Shown: piece after piece, positions 47,897 through 57,947 of the stretch
Position numbering within the stretch: position 1 is the stretch's first letter
How the letters are laid out: each line of letters starts with the position of its first letter
Translations under genes and position numbers: made by a program
Notes under the pieces: generated by a model
Databases searched by the model: none
The model's input: only the letters and a program-made list of their open reading frames with translations
What the model was told of the DNA's origin: nothing
From: an uncultured Gammaproteobacteria bacterium
GTDB taxonomy: Bacteria; Pseudomonadota; Gammaproteobacteria; Eutrophobiales; Eutrophobiaceae
Reading direction: 5' to 3'
Assembly (NCBI GenBank): GCA_958295485.1
Contig: OY282354.1
Location: forward strand, 2,083,417-2,147,416
Length of the DNA stretch: 64,000 nt

Positions 47897-50226
47897 TGAC
47901 CACGCTGGATACCGTTGCGCCGACGGGCCGCTGGCGCGCTCTGGCCGCCCGCTGCCTGAATCAGCCAGGGGCGGGAACTCTGTCTTCCCGGCTGCGTAAC
48001 GCGCTGTTCATCCTGTTTATCGGCGGCGTCATGGCCTACGGGGCCGGGTTCGCCTGGTACACGCTCGCTCGTTTCGACCTCCTCGACCTGATCCGCGACC
48101 TGATCCACGACGATGCCTTCTATTACTTCCAGATCGCCCATAACCTGGCCGAGGGGAAGTTCTCGACCTTCGACGGCGGCATCACGCGCACCAACGGCTA
48201 TCACCCGCTCTGGCTGTTTCTGATCACGCCGTTCTACTGGGTATTCGACAAGGAAACCGCGCTGTTCGCCATCAAGGCGTTCGAGATCATGCTCGTGGCC
48301 GGCGGCGTGGCCCTGGTCGCCGCGGCCGCCCGGCTGGCGCGCCTGCCGTGGTATCTGATGTTCGCCGCGCTGCCGATGCTCTACCAGCAGGGCGTCTTGA
48401 TTAAAGGAATGGAAGCGGCGGCAGCGCTGTTCATGCTGGGCCTGTTCATCCTGACCGTCTGCCTCTTTGCGCGAAGTCCGGCGCGGTGGCAGTGGCCGCT
48501 GGCCGCGGTAGCCTTTGCCCTGCCCTGGGTGCGTCTGGAGTACATCGCCATATCCTTGGCGGCAACCGCGGCGCTGTGCCTCGTCGAGTGGTTGGGACAG
48601 GAACGAGCGCCCGGCGCGCCACTCGGAGAGCGGGCTGGTTCTGCGCGCTCCGTCAAGGCGCTCGTCCCGTTTCTCGCCGCTGGGACAGGCATCCTGGTGT
48701 ACTTCGCCTACAACAAGCTCGTGTTCGGCGGTATCGTGCCGGTGAGTGGCGCGACCAAGGCTGCTTGGTCGCAGTTCAGGTGGGAGGGAGAAGGCGGATA
48801 CAGCCTGACGCAGAACTTTTGGGGGATATTGCAGGTTCCTGTCTTTGACTATGAACTGCTGGTTGCGCTGGAGATTTGCGCCTACCTGCTGTTGGTCTGG
48901 CGGTTCTCCCGCCGCTTCCGGAGTCAGGAGGACTGGCTGCTGCTGACCTTTCTGGTGGGCGTGTTCGGCTTGGCGGCCGGCCATCTGGCCAAGTTCGCGC
49001 AGACTGTTCTCACGATTCACCCTTCCCTGGGGCCTTGGCTTTGGTATTTCATCCCGGCGTACCTGATGATGGCGCTGATTGTTCCCGTACGATGTTACGT
49101 CGCCATTTATTTCATTCGCCGGTTCATCGGGTCGAAGTCGCAATACGCGACCAACATCCTGAGCATGGGTATTGTCCTTGCGGGCGCGGCCTTCCTGCTC
49201 GCAAAGACGGATTTCGCCGCCTCGTTCCGGTGGGTTGAAGCGAGTAGAAACTCAACCAGGGTTGCCAGCGAATGGACTGATGCCGTCTATGGGGGTACGC
49301 AGCTTATGAATCACGTGCTGCCCGAGGACAGCTTGGTCGGGTCGTGGGAGGCTGGCATCATAGGGTATTTCTCGCGCTTTCCGGTGGTGAACCTGGATGG
49401 TCTGGTCAACTCTTACGACTATTTTCACGGAACGAACGTGGCGAGAGATGGATACGCCAGCTGGGATGAAAAACTCATCTCCCTCCATCGAGAATTCGGG
49501 ATAACTCACTTTGTCATCCTTAAGCGCTTTGAAGGTTTACTATCAAGTACGCTTGATAGACTGGAATTCCAAATACGTCCTGTCGGACTGCCGGCAGATG
49601 ACAATACCGTCGCCAGGACTTGGGAGAGGATTGAACCCCACTTCGACCACCAGTCGGATAGTATCGGGCTGATCGTGGACGGTCGGCTGGCGCAGGCGTT
49701 CGTCAGGAACTGTGCGCCGAACGAGTTGGCAGCGTTGTCCTGGGTTGGCCAAGGAGAGGAAACGGTCGCCAAAGTCTGGACGCAAACGCAAACCGGGCTG
49801 TGCGTGGCAGCGTTCGTGCTGCCTCACAATGCGCTCCCGCCGGTCAGTGTGGAAACAATGGATGTCCCGGTGAGCGATTACCTGGCAAGACTACTTGGAG
49901 ACAACCGGCCGGTAATCCGCTCCGATTGGAATGTACATCTCGTCGGGAATAGTCTTATCTACAAGAAGGAGCAGTGCACCCCGGCGGATACTGAACCGAC
50001 ATTCTTCCTCCACCTGTACCCGGTTGACGTGAACGACCTCCCCAGCCACCGCCAGCAGTATGGCTTCGATAACCTCGACTTTGCTTTCGGGGAGCAAGAT
50101 GTCATCGCGAGAGGAGTCTGCGCAGCGAGGCGGCAACTGCCTGATTACGACATCGCCGCGATCGGCGCCGGTCAGTACATCGGTGAGGGCCGGATCTGGG
50201 AGGGGCGCTTCAACATCCCCTTGTAG
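47897..50226 (+). CDS. Polytopic membrane protein, GT-C glycosyltransferase-like, with a soluble C-terminal domain
   Basis: First loop DDAFYY.QIA.NL..G..STFDG...TNGYHPLW, many TM segments, AGIIGYFS..PVVNLDGLVN; start uncertain (47845/47897). Confidence 0.65.
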
Positions 50227-50238
50227 TGACATCCTTTG

Positions 50239-52326
50239 CTATTTAAACTTCTGGAAGCCGCAGTCGTTCGCCAGAAAGTCGAGCAGCGTCCGGTAGTAAT
50301 CCAGGTAGTGCTGGTAACTCAAGGTGTCAACCGTATGCGCGGCATCCACCAGCTTTAGGTATTTGTAGGGCTTGCCCCGCTTGTTCAGTTCGTGCGCGAA
50401 GAGATCACTGTGCTTGATGGGAACGATCAGGTCGCGGTCTCCGTGTACGAGGAGCACGGGCACGTTGACGTTTTCCATATGCTTGATCGGCGACAGGCCG
50501 CCTCGCCACTTTTGTATGACGTCCCGGAAGCGGTAGTTCCATTCTTCCTTGGCGATCAATTCCATGCTGCTGACGCCGGCGCCCGCGATCGCGCAACGGT
50601 AAAGATTAGGCTCCCGCATGGCACCTACCATCGCGGAGTAACCGCCGTAACTCCAGCCGAAGATCGCCAGACGATCGGGGTCGGCGATACCTTGTTCAAT
50701 GAGGTAACGTATCCCGTCATCCACGTCGTCCTGCATCTTGTAGCCCCACTGCTTGTTCCCGGCCGTGTAGTACTCGAAGCCGAACCCGGTGGAGCCGCGA
50801 AAATTGGGTTGCAATACGGCGTAGCCGCGAGTCGCCAGCAACTGCGGCCACTCGTCCCAGAAAGTCGAATTCCAGAATAGCGAATCGCGCGATCGGGGGC
50901 CGCCGTGGGGATGGGCGACGGTAGGATAAGGCGGTTTACCGCTGGTAGGGAGCGTCAGCACCCCATTGAGCTTCATGCCGTCCCGGGCTTTGTACCACAG
51001 GAATTTACGTTCGCCGAGCTGATCGGGTTCAATGGCGGAAGTCCGTCCCACAAGTTGCAGGCGCTCGCGGTCCCGGAGCAGGTAGAAGCGACCCGGTTCT
51101 CGTGGTCCTATGGAGTGGACGATGATATACTTGTCATTTGCCGCCCGATCATGGATCCTGTTGAAATTGCCCGGAGGCAGGGCGGCGTCGATGGAATGTT
51201 GCAAGGCCGCGGCGGCCTCGTCAATATAATGAATTTTGGGGCCGTCAGCCACGTAATAAAAACCGACCAAGTAAGGATCCACCTCGCCGTCCACGCATTT
51301 TTGCGAGATGCACGCGGTCAGGATGTTGCGAGCGTCATAGCGATTGGTGGCGAAGAGCAATTCCGGCTCTGCGGCAGGGTGGTTCATGTCGAACAGGTAG
51401 ATGCCCTCCGTATCGCGATCCTTTGACCACCGGACATAAGCCTTGTTGTAGTCCGGTGGCTGAAAACCCAGGATTGCTACGTAACGATCTTCGTCAACGT
51501 CCCAGGTAAGCCAGTCAGTCCATTTACTCCAACCGTCACCGTCCCTGGTCCGGAACTGCAACGTAATAGTGTTGTCACTGCGGCTGATGCGCTCGCGAAC
51601 ACGCACGTTTCCATCCCCGTCATACCTGTACCCGCCGTAGTCCGCCGAGAATTTGAAGACTGGCTGGGACCGGCCGTTCTTTACGTTGACTTTGAACAAT
51701 TCAGTGCCACTCTCTTCAGAACCAAACCATTCTATCAACACCCAGTCATCTTCTTCGGGCAGGCGGCCGACCACCGCAGGGCTGGCAAGCCGCTGTGCAA
51801 AGGTTTCGCTTGCGAAGCGGGTGATATTCGACTTGCTCGGCAACTCGACCCAGCGACCGCCGTCGAGCCCCACGGACAGGAGTTTGTAGGCATAAGTCTT
51901 CACCTTCCCGGGTAAACCGATGCCTGCCGAATTGTAACCGACGCGCCGCCCCGGCACCTCCACTGGTTGGCGCGTGCTGATCAGCAGGCGCTCGTCATTG
52001 ACCCACATGATCCCATAGGAGCGGCTGGCGGTAGCTGTAGCAACGTCGATAATATCCATGTGTTCCGACCCCAGCGTATAGGGATCCTTGTCCATGTGTT
52101 CGGTTTCGTATACGTCCACTACATAGCGCTGCCCCCGGCCGAGCAACCGCATTACGGCCAGGCGCTTGCCGGAGGGAGAGAGATCCACGTCGCGTACGAT
52201 GGGCCGCATGGCAAAGGCCTCAAGGGAAGGAGGCTCAGCCGCTGCCACGGCCCCCGCGAGCATGACAACGAACGCAAGCCAGGCATTTCTCAATGCGCGG
52301 CAAACCTGGAACCATACCCAATCCAT
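50239..52326 (-). CDS. S9 family prolyl oligopeptidase/acylaminoacyl peptidase, secreted
   Basis: PHGGP, QPNFRGSTGFG, GWSYGGY, VHGDRD, AAH; start approximate. Confidence 0.9.
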   Translation of the reverse strand: MDWVWFQVCRALRNAWLAFVVMLAGAVAAAEPPSLEAFAMRPIVRDVDLSPSGKRLAVMRLLGRGQRYVVDVYETEHMDKDPYTLGSEHMDIIDVATATASRSYGIMWVNDERLLISTRQPVEVPGRRVGYNSAGIGLPGKVKTYAYKLLSVGLDGGRWVELPSKSNITRFASETFAQRLASPAVVGRLPEEDDWVLIEWFGSEESGTELFKVNVKNGRSQPVFKFSADYGGYRYDGDGNVRVRERISRSDNTITLQFRTRDGDGWSKWTDWLTWDVDEDRYVAILGFQPPDYNKAYVRWSKDRDTEGIYLFDMNHPAAEPELLFATNRYDARNILTACISQKCVDGEVDPYLVGFYYVADGPKIHYIDEAAAALQHSIDAALPPGNFNRIHDRAANDKYIIVHSIGPREPGRFYLLRDRERLQLVGRTSAIEPDQLGERKFLWYKARDGMKLNGVLTLPTSGKPPYPTVAHPHGGPRSRDSLFWNSTFWDEWPQLLATRGYAVLQPNFRGSTGFGFEYYTAGNKQWGYKMQDDVDDGIRYLIEQGIADPDRLAIFGWSYGGYSAMVGAMREPNLYRCAIAGAGVSSMELIAKEEWNYRFRDVIQKWRGGLSPIKHMENVNVPVLLVHGDRDLIVPIKHSDLFAHELNKRGKPYKYLKLVDAAHTVDTLSYQHYLDYYRTLLDFLANDCGFQKFK

Positions 52327-52338
52327 GATCATCGAAGC

Positions 52339-52370
52339 ATCTCGCGGGGGCAACCCCCCGCGCCTGCCCC
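52339..52370 (+). repeat. Single REP-like arm
   Basis: ATCTCGCGGGGGCAACCCCCCGCGCCTGCCCC resembles 44872-44903. Confidence 0.6.
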
Positions 52371-52427
52371 CAGCCACCCGGTCTGCCCTGATAAAACGCC
52401 GGCGAAAGTTTTACAAGCGAACATGGT

Positions 52428-55400
52428 TCAGAAGAGCGACGCGAGGTTATAACTCAACGAGGCGAAAAACCGGCGGTCGAGCAGGTCGTAACCAGCGCCC
52501 AAGGGGACATTGTAGTTGACATTCGTACCGGCGGACGGGCTGGAAGCCCCCCATCCAACTATAGGTGGCTCCTCGTCGAAGACGTTGCGGACGCCGACGA
52601 TTACCTCGAAGCGCCTGTTGGAGTCCCGGTACCTGAACGACACGGTGTGAAAGAATTTGTCGCCGGCAGAGGTCACGTTGGTGACAGTCCCGTCATTGAA
52701 AAGATCATAGATGGGTTCCTCATCGGTCTTTCCGATATAGTCCGTAGTCCATGCAAAGGTAAAATCACGCCAGTCGAAGCGGGCAGCCAGCTCGCCGCGC
52801 CAGCTCGCATAGGCGTGCCGGCCGGCGTAATTGGTCGGTTTGCCGTCGCCCAAGCCGAATTCATAGGCAAGCAAACGCGCTGCCAGTATATCTACACTGA
52901 GGTCACCGAAAGAGAATTCGCGATCAGTTCGCACGGTAATATCATAGCCCGTCGATCGCTCGACTGCGACGTTGATGTATGAAGAATTCACCCCTTCGAG
53001 TTGGCCGTCACTGGACCTGCGCGCTCCCACCAGGGTGCATTCCTGGGCTGAAAAGTTGGAGGAGCTATAGCACCTGGACAGAATTTCGCGCGCCGAAAGC
53101 CTCGATATCGAATTATCGAGATCGATATCGTAGTAGTCAAAGGCCAGGCTTAAATCAACGCCCAGGGACGGAAACAGGCCGACAAGATCAGGTGTCACTA
53201 CGAATCCCAGGGTCCAGGATTCCGAAGTCTCCGCCTTCAAGTCGGGGTTGCCGCCGCTGATCACCAGGATGCCCGAATTCGCGGTGTAATCCGGGGGAAT
53301 AACGCCTTGCATTTCGAGGGTTTCACAATTTTTGAAAAGGTTGCTGCCGGGGTCCACATCACTGGACGAGTCCCTGAAGTTGTCACAGGGATCGTCCCTC
53401 GAGGTGACAAAGCTTGTTTGATTGGCCAGGTTCAGTTCGTACAGGGCGGGGGCGCGAAAAGAGGTGCCCACCGTCGAACGAACGCGAAACACCGGGTTCA
53501 CGGCATAGTTGAAAAGCAGCCGCCAAGTCGAATCACTGCCGTAGGAGCTGTAGTCGGTGTAGCGGTACGAGCCGTTCACCGTAAGTTCCTCGGCCACGCT
53601 GACGTCACCCACCTTGAACCCCGAAAGCAATGGAATTTCCACCTCCCCATAACCTTCGATCACATAATCGCCGCCCTTGGTGCGCCCGGCCGCCGTGAAG
53701 CCCCACTGGTTATCTTCCACCGAGGGAATGGGGGGACGATCATCCAGGTTGCGGCTGCGCCAATCCATGCCCGCCACGCCGCGCACCTCACCAGCCGGCA
53801 CGTCGAACAGGCGCCCCTCTACATCGAAAGCCACGGTCCAAAGATCGTAGTCGGTCTCGAGTTTTACCCGTTCACTGAGGTAATCCGCGGCTTCCTGCGG
53901 GATGATCCCGCGCTGGGCATCTTCGCTAAAGAGATCCAGGGGAACGCAATTCGGATCGGGTCCTTCCGCAAGGATGCGGTCAACAACGGCATCCTCGAAA
54001 TCGGCGGCGAAGAAAAGCTGACTCCGATCAAGAACGCATTGAAGACTTCCGTCCGGGCCGAGCGCGGCAGAAAGCGCGCGCGCCACCTTGTCTTTCAGCC
54101 AGGTATCATAAGTAAATTCACCGCGACTCCAGGAATAGCTGGCGTCAAAGTTCCACGAGAATCCACCAAGATCGCCATCCAGCCCCAAGCGGATAGAGGC
54201 GACGTCGTTCTTTACCTCATTAACCGGGTCAAGCATGTCATAGCTCATGATTACCGGCCGGGCAATTCCCCCGAAGGGCCTGAATGGATTGGTTGGGTTG
54301 CCCGGGTGGACGAAGGGGAAGAATTGACGATGCCCGCGATTATAAGAGTCCTCGCGGTGGGAGTAGTAGAACTCATAGCTGCCGCTGACCGTGCCGAGCA
54401 AGTTACCCAGGTCGAAATCCAACTGGCCGTCACTATAGACCTGGATGAGTTGGCGCTCCGGTATCAAGTGCTCTTCACTCCAGTTACGATCGTCCCGGAG
54501 GCCCGTTTCAGCCACGCGACGGCCATCCGGGCCAACCGGATTAGCGGCCCGCCAGGGAAGACCGGTCCCGAAAAAATTTGCTTCGGGATCCCGGATTGCT
54601 GAGAATCGGGAGCCTAAACCATATATATCCGTGAAAGCGTTTGTCGCGCCAAAACAACGGCCGTCGCGGGTGGGAGCGAAAGCCGCGGGGTGTACGCCGC
54701 CATTCGTCAGCGGACGCTCATCACAAAAGCTGTAATCTTGCTCGTCCCGTCCCACCGGACCGAATTCTGAAAATTCAACTGCCACGTCGAAGTAACCGCG
54801 ATCCCATGTCTTTCCGTAAAGCGCGCTCGCGGAACCTGCATCGAGCTCATCCTGATAAAAACCTTCAAGGACGAAAGCGTCAAAACGCTTCTTGGTGATG
54901 ATATTCACCACCCCTGCCACGGCATCGGCGCCGTAGATGGATGAGGCCCCGTCCTTCAGTATCTCGATGCGTTCTATCGCGACAGTCGGGATAGAGTTAA
55001 GGTCGACACTGGCGACTTGGCCGCGGGTTCCCGCCGGCGTGAAGCGCCGACCGTTCACCAGGACCAGGGTGCGGTCGGGGTCAAGGCTGCGCAGGCCGAA
55101 GGTGTTGACGCCAGGGCCGCCAGACACCACGAGACCACCGAAACTGTTGTCAACCTGGGCGCCCGAAGCCAAGGCGCTCGATTGCAGCATCTCGGAGGCA
55201 TTGGCAAGCCCGGCCAGCATGGAGCGCTCTTCGGTAATGACCGTCACCGGCAAAGCCGCAGTAAATGCATCGCGTCGTATGCGGGAACCTGTTACGATGA
55301 TTTCCTCAGTTGCTTCAGGGAGCGTGATCTCCGTGGCAGGCCCTGCGGCCTCGGATTCCGGGGCCTGTTCCGGGCCAGTCGCCTCGACGGCAGGCGGCGA

Positions 55401-55493
55401 ATCCACCTCCTGCGCCGCTACCCCCCCAAGAAACCAAAGCAGGCCAAGGCTGAACAGCGCAAATACGGACAGCAACCGCTGTAAAGTAACCAT
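52428..55493 (-). CDS. TonB-dependent receptor (large subfamily)
   Basis: EEIIVTGSRIRR, RTLVLVNGRR, VDLNSIP..AIERIEILKDGASSIYGADAVAGVVNIIT. Confidence 0.95.
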   Translation of the reverse strand: MVTLQRLLSVFALFSLGLLWFLGGVAAQEVDSPPAVEATGPEQAPESEAAGPATEITLPEATEEIIVTGSRIRRDAFTAALPVTVITEERSMLAGLANASEMLQSSALASGAQVDNSFGGLVVSGGPGVNTFGLRSLDPDRTLVLVNGRRFTPAGTRGQVASVDLNSIPTVAIERIEILKDGASSIYGADAVAGVVNIITKKRFDAFVLEGFYQDELDAGSASALYGKTWDRGYFDVAVEFSEFGPVGRDEQDYSFCDERPLTNGGVHPAAFAPTRDGRCFGATNAFTDIYGLGSRFSAIRDPEANFFGTGLPWRAANPVGPDGRRVAETGLRDDRNWSEEHLIPERQLIQVYSDGQLDFDLGNLLGTVSGSYEFYYSHREDSYNRGHRQFFPFVHPGNPTNPFRPFGGIARPVIMSYDMLDPVNEVKNDVASIRLGLDGDLGGFSWNFDASYSWSRGEFTYDTWLKDKVARALSAALGPDGSLQCVLDRSQLFFAADFEDAVVDRILAEGPDPNCVPLDLFSEDAQRGIIPQEAADYLSERVKLETDYDLWTVAFDVEGRLFDVPAGEVRGVAGMDWRSRNLDDRPPIPSVEDNQWGFTAAGRTKGGDYVIEGYGEVEIPLLSGFKVGDVSVAEELTVNGSYRYTDYSSYGSDSTWRLLFNYAVNPVFRVRSTVGTSFRAPALYELNLANQTSFVTSRDDPCDNFRDSSSDVDPGSNLFKNCETLEMQGVIPPDYTANSGILVISGGNPDLKAETSESWTLGFVVTPDLVGLFPSLGVDLSLAFDYYDIDLDNSISRLSAREILSRCYSSSNFSAQECTLVGARRSSDGQLEGVNSSYINVAVERSTGYDITVRTDREFSFGDLSVDILAARLLAYEFGLGDGKPTNYAGRHAYASWRGELAARFDWRDFTFAWTTDYIGKTDEEPIYDLFNDGTVTNVTSAGDKFFHTVSFRYRDSNRRFEVIVGVRNVFDEEPPIVGWGASSPSAGTNVNYNVPLGAGYDLLDRRFFASLSYNLASLF

Positions 55494-55558
55494 GGAACTT
55501 TCCCCCTCGAGGAAATTTGTCTATAATTATAGTAATTTACTAATGGGGAAAGTTCCAT
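55492..55558. promoter_or_regulatory. 14-bp perfect inverted repeat covering the TBDR RBS and start codon
   Basis: ATGGAACTTTCCCC (55492-55505) / GGGGAAAGTTCCAT (55545-55558); inner palindrome CTATAATTATAG (55521-55532). Confidence 0.7.
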
Positions 55559-55689
55559 ATGAAATACCGAAGATTTTCCTGGTCGCGTTGCCAAGAGCAA
55601 ATAGATGAACAAGTGGTAACGCCCCATGCCATCAGGCGACTCGGCCTGGATATAATATCCGCAAACGAATAAACGATCAGGATTCTATT

Positions 55690-56304
55690 ATGAATAAGCC
55701 GGTAAATATTACCGTATTCCGCTGGGCTGGTTCCTGGGGGCCTTTCAAAGTCAAGATTCCCTGCGGGGAGTGTTCGCTGACCAAGGATATTATCCAGGAT
55801 TGCATCGATACGGACTTGACCGGCATAGAGGTAAAGCTCGACCTGCGTGACTGGCTGAGCGAATGGTGGAAGCCGCTGCCTAAAGGGGGCTGGCATGCCC
55901 CGATTGTGTTGGTGAACGGCAGGCTGATCTCCCAGGGGGCGGCGCTGAACCGGGGGGTGCTGACCCAGGCCACCATCAAGGAGGCGATTATCGATACCCC
56001 GATGCAAGGCAACCATATCTTCGGCAAGGCCACCTGCCCTCACTGCATTCGCTCCAAGGAGTACCTGGAACAGGCAGGGGTTGAGTATCAGTATCACGAC
56101 GTTGTGAAAGACCCCAGGTCACTTTACGAAATGCTTGCAAGAGTCAAACCGATTATCGGTCCCAAAACCCCGGTTACCGTGCCCCAGATATGGATCGGCG
56201 ACCGGTACGTAGGCGGCGCCGACGAATTGAAACAAATCCTCGAGTTGCCCGAAGTCCAGCCAAACCCGGACCGCGGCCAGTGCTCCCTGTCTCCCACCCG
56301 CTGA
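55690..56304 (+). CDS. Two-domain glutaredoxin/thioredoxin-like protein
   Basis: N-domain CGEC...HAPIVLVNG; C-domain TCPHC...TVPQIWIGDRYVGG. Confidence 0.85.
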   Translation: MNKPVNITVFRWAGSWGPFKVKIPCGECSLTKDIIQDCIDTDLTGIEVKLDLRDWLSEWWKPLPKGGWHAPIVLVNGRLISQGAALNRGVLTQATIKEAIIDTPMQGNHIFGKATCPHCIRSKEYLEQAGVEYQYHDVVKDPRSLYEMLARVKPIIGPKTPVTVPQIWIGDRYVGGADELKQILELPEVQPNPDRGQCSLSPTR

Positions 56305-56452
56305 AAATATCGCATCCCCAGCTTCCTCCTAATCTCGTCGAAAGCAGGTTTGGGGGCTGTTTTGGAATAACTAACGCCAGGAATGAGCACGGGACAGGCC
56401 AGGGATAGCCCATGGTTCGTGGTACAAGATTGGGGAGAGGGTCACCGCCACT

Positions 56453-57808
56453 CTAAACAATACTCAATATCAAAATACACAGGGCTGATAGCGCTGCCGC
56501 AATGACCGCATAGGGCAACTGCGTCAAAGCATGCTGAATAGGCGGGCAACCGCTTCCCTTAGCGGACAGTATCGTCGAATCACTATAGAAACAGGCGTGG
56601 CTACCGAAAGCGCCTGCTGAAATCACTGAGCCTATCATTAAGTTGATATCAACACTCATCGCTTGACCTAGAGGTATAATGATAGGTAACGCCACCGCGT
56701 ACAGCCCCCAAAAGGTTCCAGTGCAGAAAGCTATAGTCGAAAGACAGAGAAAAGTCATAACCGGGAGTATTACAGGGTTCACAAAGGATGTCGCCAGCTC
56801 AATGATGTACTGAGTTAGTTCCAGTTGGTCATTAACGTCTTTTAATACGAAGGACATGATCAAAATTATGATCACCTCGACCATGCTCTTAGCGCCATCG
56901 ATTGCGGTATTGAATACTTCGTGAAGATCGAAAACACCCTGAACTTTGAACATTACGACTGTCATTACCAATGTGACCGCAGCGCCTTTTAATATATCGA
57001 CGTCAAATAGCCAAGTGAAAAATATCAGAGCCACCATCGGTAATATAAAATTGATGGCCTTTTTGCCTTTGTCATTAGTTGGCTGGTCATCCCCGTTTTC
57101 TTCTTCTGCATAATCAGGAGGCAAATGCTGCCCGGCTTGAGCTCTTATCTCAGCTTCTTTCATAGCGCCAATAAGCGGTATCTTACCTGTTGAAAGTAAC
57201 GGTGGCATGATCAATGCTATCCATGCATAAATCATATAGGGTATTGCGCTGATATAAGCTTTTAAACCTTCACCTGTAGCGGCGACCCCATTACTTTCCA
57301 AAAGTCCTGATACATAAATAGCCCAAGTGGAGAATGGCAGCAAAATGCAAACGGGCGCAGCAGTCGTGTCGACAACATAAGAAAGCATTTCACGGGAAAT
57401 TTTAAATTTGTCGGTTACTTGTTTCATTGACGAACCGACTGCTAGCGCATTTAGATAGTCGTCAATGAAAATTGCTACCCCTAACCCCCAGGTTGTAAGT
57501 AATGCCTGGGAGCCTGATTTTACTAATCGAGATAGTGATTCGGCGAAAGCTTTAGCGCCACCGGATTTAACTAGTAGACCTATTATTGCGCCAAATAAAG
57601 CTACAACAAGTACGATCCATCTTACTGTCTCATCGCCCATGGATTTTAATACCGCATCCAAAAAGCTACTGGCAAAATTTTCGCCAGACAACATTGCAAA
57701 ACCAACCAAACAGCCAAATACCAAGGGTTCCAGGGCCCTCTTCATTATTATCGCAGATGTGATAACAACAATAGTTGGAATTAGAGCTTCAATTCCTGAC
57801 TCAGCCAT
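56453..57808 (-). CDS. NhaC-family Na+/H+ antiporter-like transporter
   Basis: IFIDDYLN, ISREMLSYVVDTTAAP, AF.TGTFWG, GAFGSH....SDSTILS, HALTQLPYA. Confidence 0.88.
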   Translation of the reverse strand: MAESGIEALIPTIVVITSAIIMKRALEPLVFGCLVGFAMLSGENFASSFLDAVLKSMGDETVRWIVLVVALFGAIIGLLVKSGGAKAFAESLSRLVKSGSQALLTTWGLGVAIFIDDYLNALAVGSSMKQVTDKFKISREMLSYVVDTTAAPVCILLPFSTWAIYVSGLLESNGVAATGEGLKAYISAIPYMIYAWIALIMPPLLSTGKIPLIGAMKEAEIRAQAGQHLPPDYAEEENGDDQPTNDKGKKAINFILPMVALIFFTWLFDVDILKGAAVTLVMTVVMFKVQGVFDLHEVFNTAIDGAKSMVEVIIILIMSFVLKDVNDQLELTQYIIELATSFVNPVILPVMTFLCLSTIAFCTGTFWGLYAVALPIIIPLGQAMSVDINLMIGSVISAGAFGSHACFYSDSTILSAKGSGCPPIQHALTQLPYAVIAAALSALCILILSIV

Positions 57809-57897
57809 ATAACGAAACCAATAATAAAATTGAAGATAAGTATTTTATGATGAAGTTGTAAGAGGTAGCCAGAGGTGGCCCCGTTTATCTGAAAATA

Positions 57898-57932
57898 GGT
57901 GTGAACTATGGCTTGCAGCCATAGTTCACACC
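57898..57932 (-). terminator. Stem-loop (terminator/attenuator) between the TBDR and the NhaC-like gene
   Basis: GGTGTGAACTATGGCT-TGC-AGCCATAGTTCACACC, 16-bp perfect stem followed on the minus strand by TATTTT. Confidence 0.7.
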
Positions 57933-57947
57933 ATCAAGGGAGGAAAC

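Noticed and set aside
47833..49143. 436-aa minus-strand ORF
   Set aside because: Antisense shadow of the GC-rich membrane protein gene, with no recognisable motifs.
53307..54602. 431-aa plus-strand ORF
   Set aside because: Antisense shadow of the TBDR at 52428-55493.
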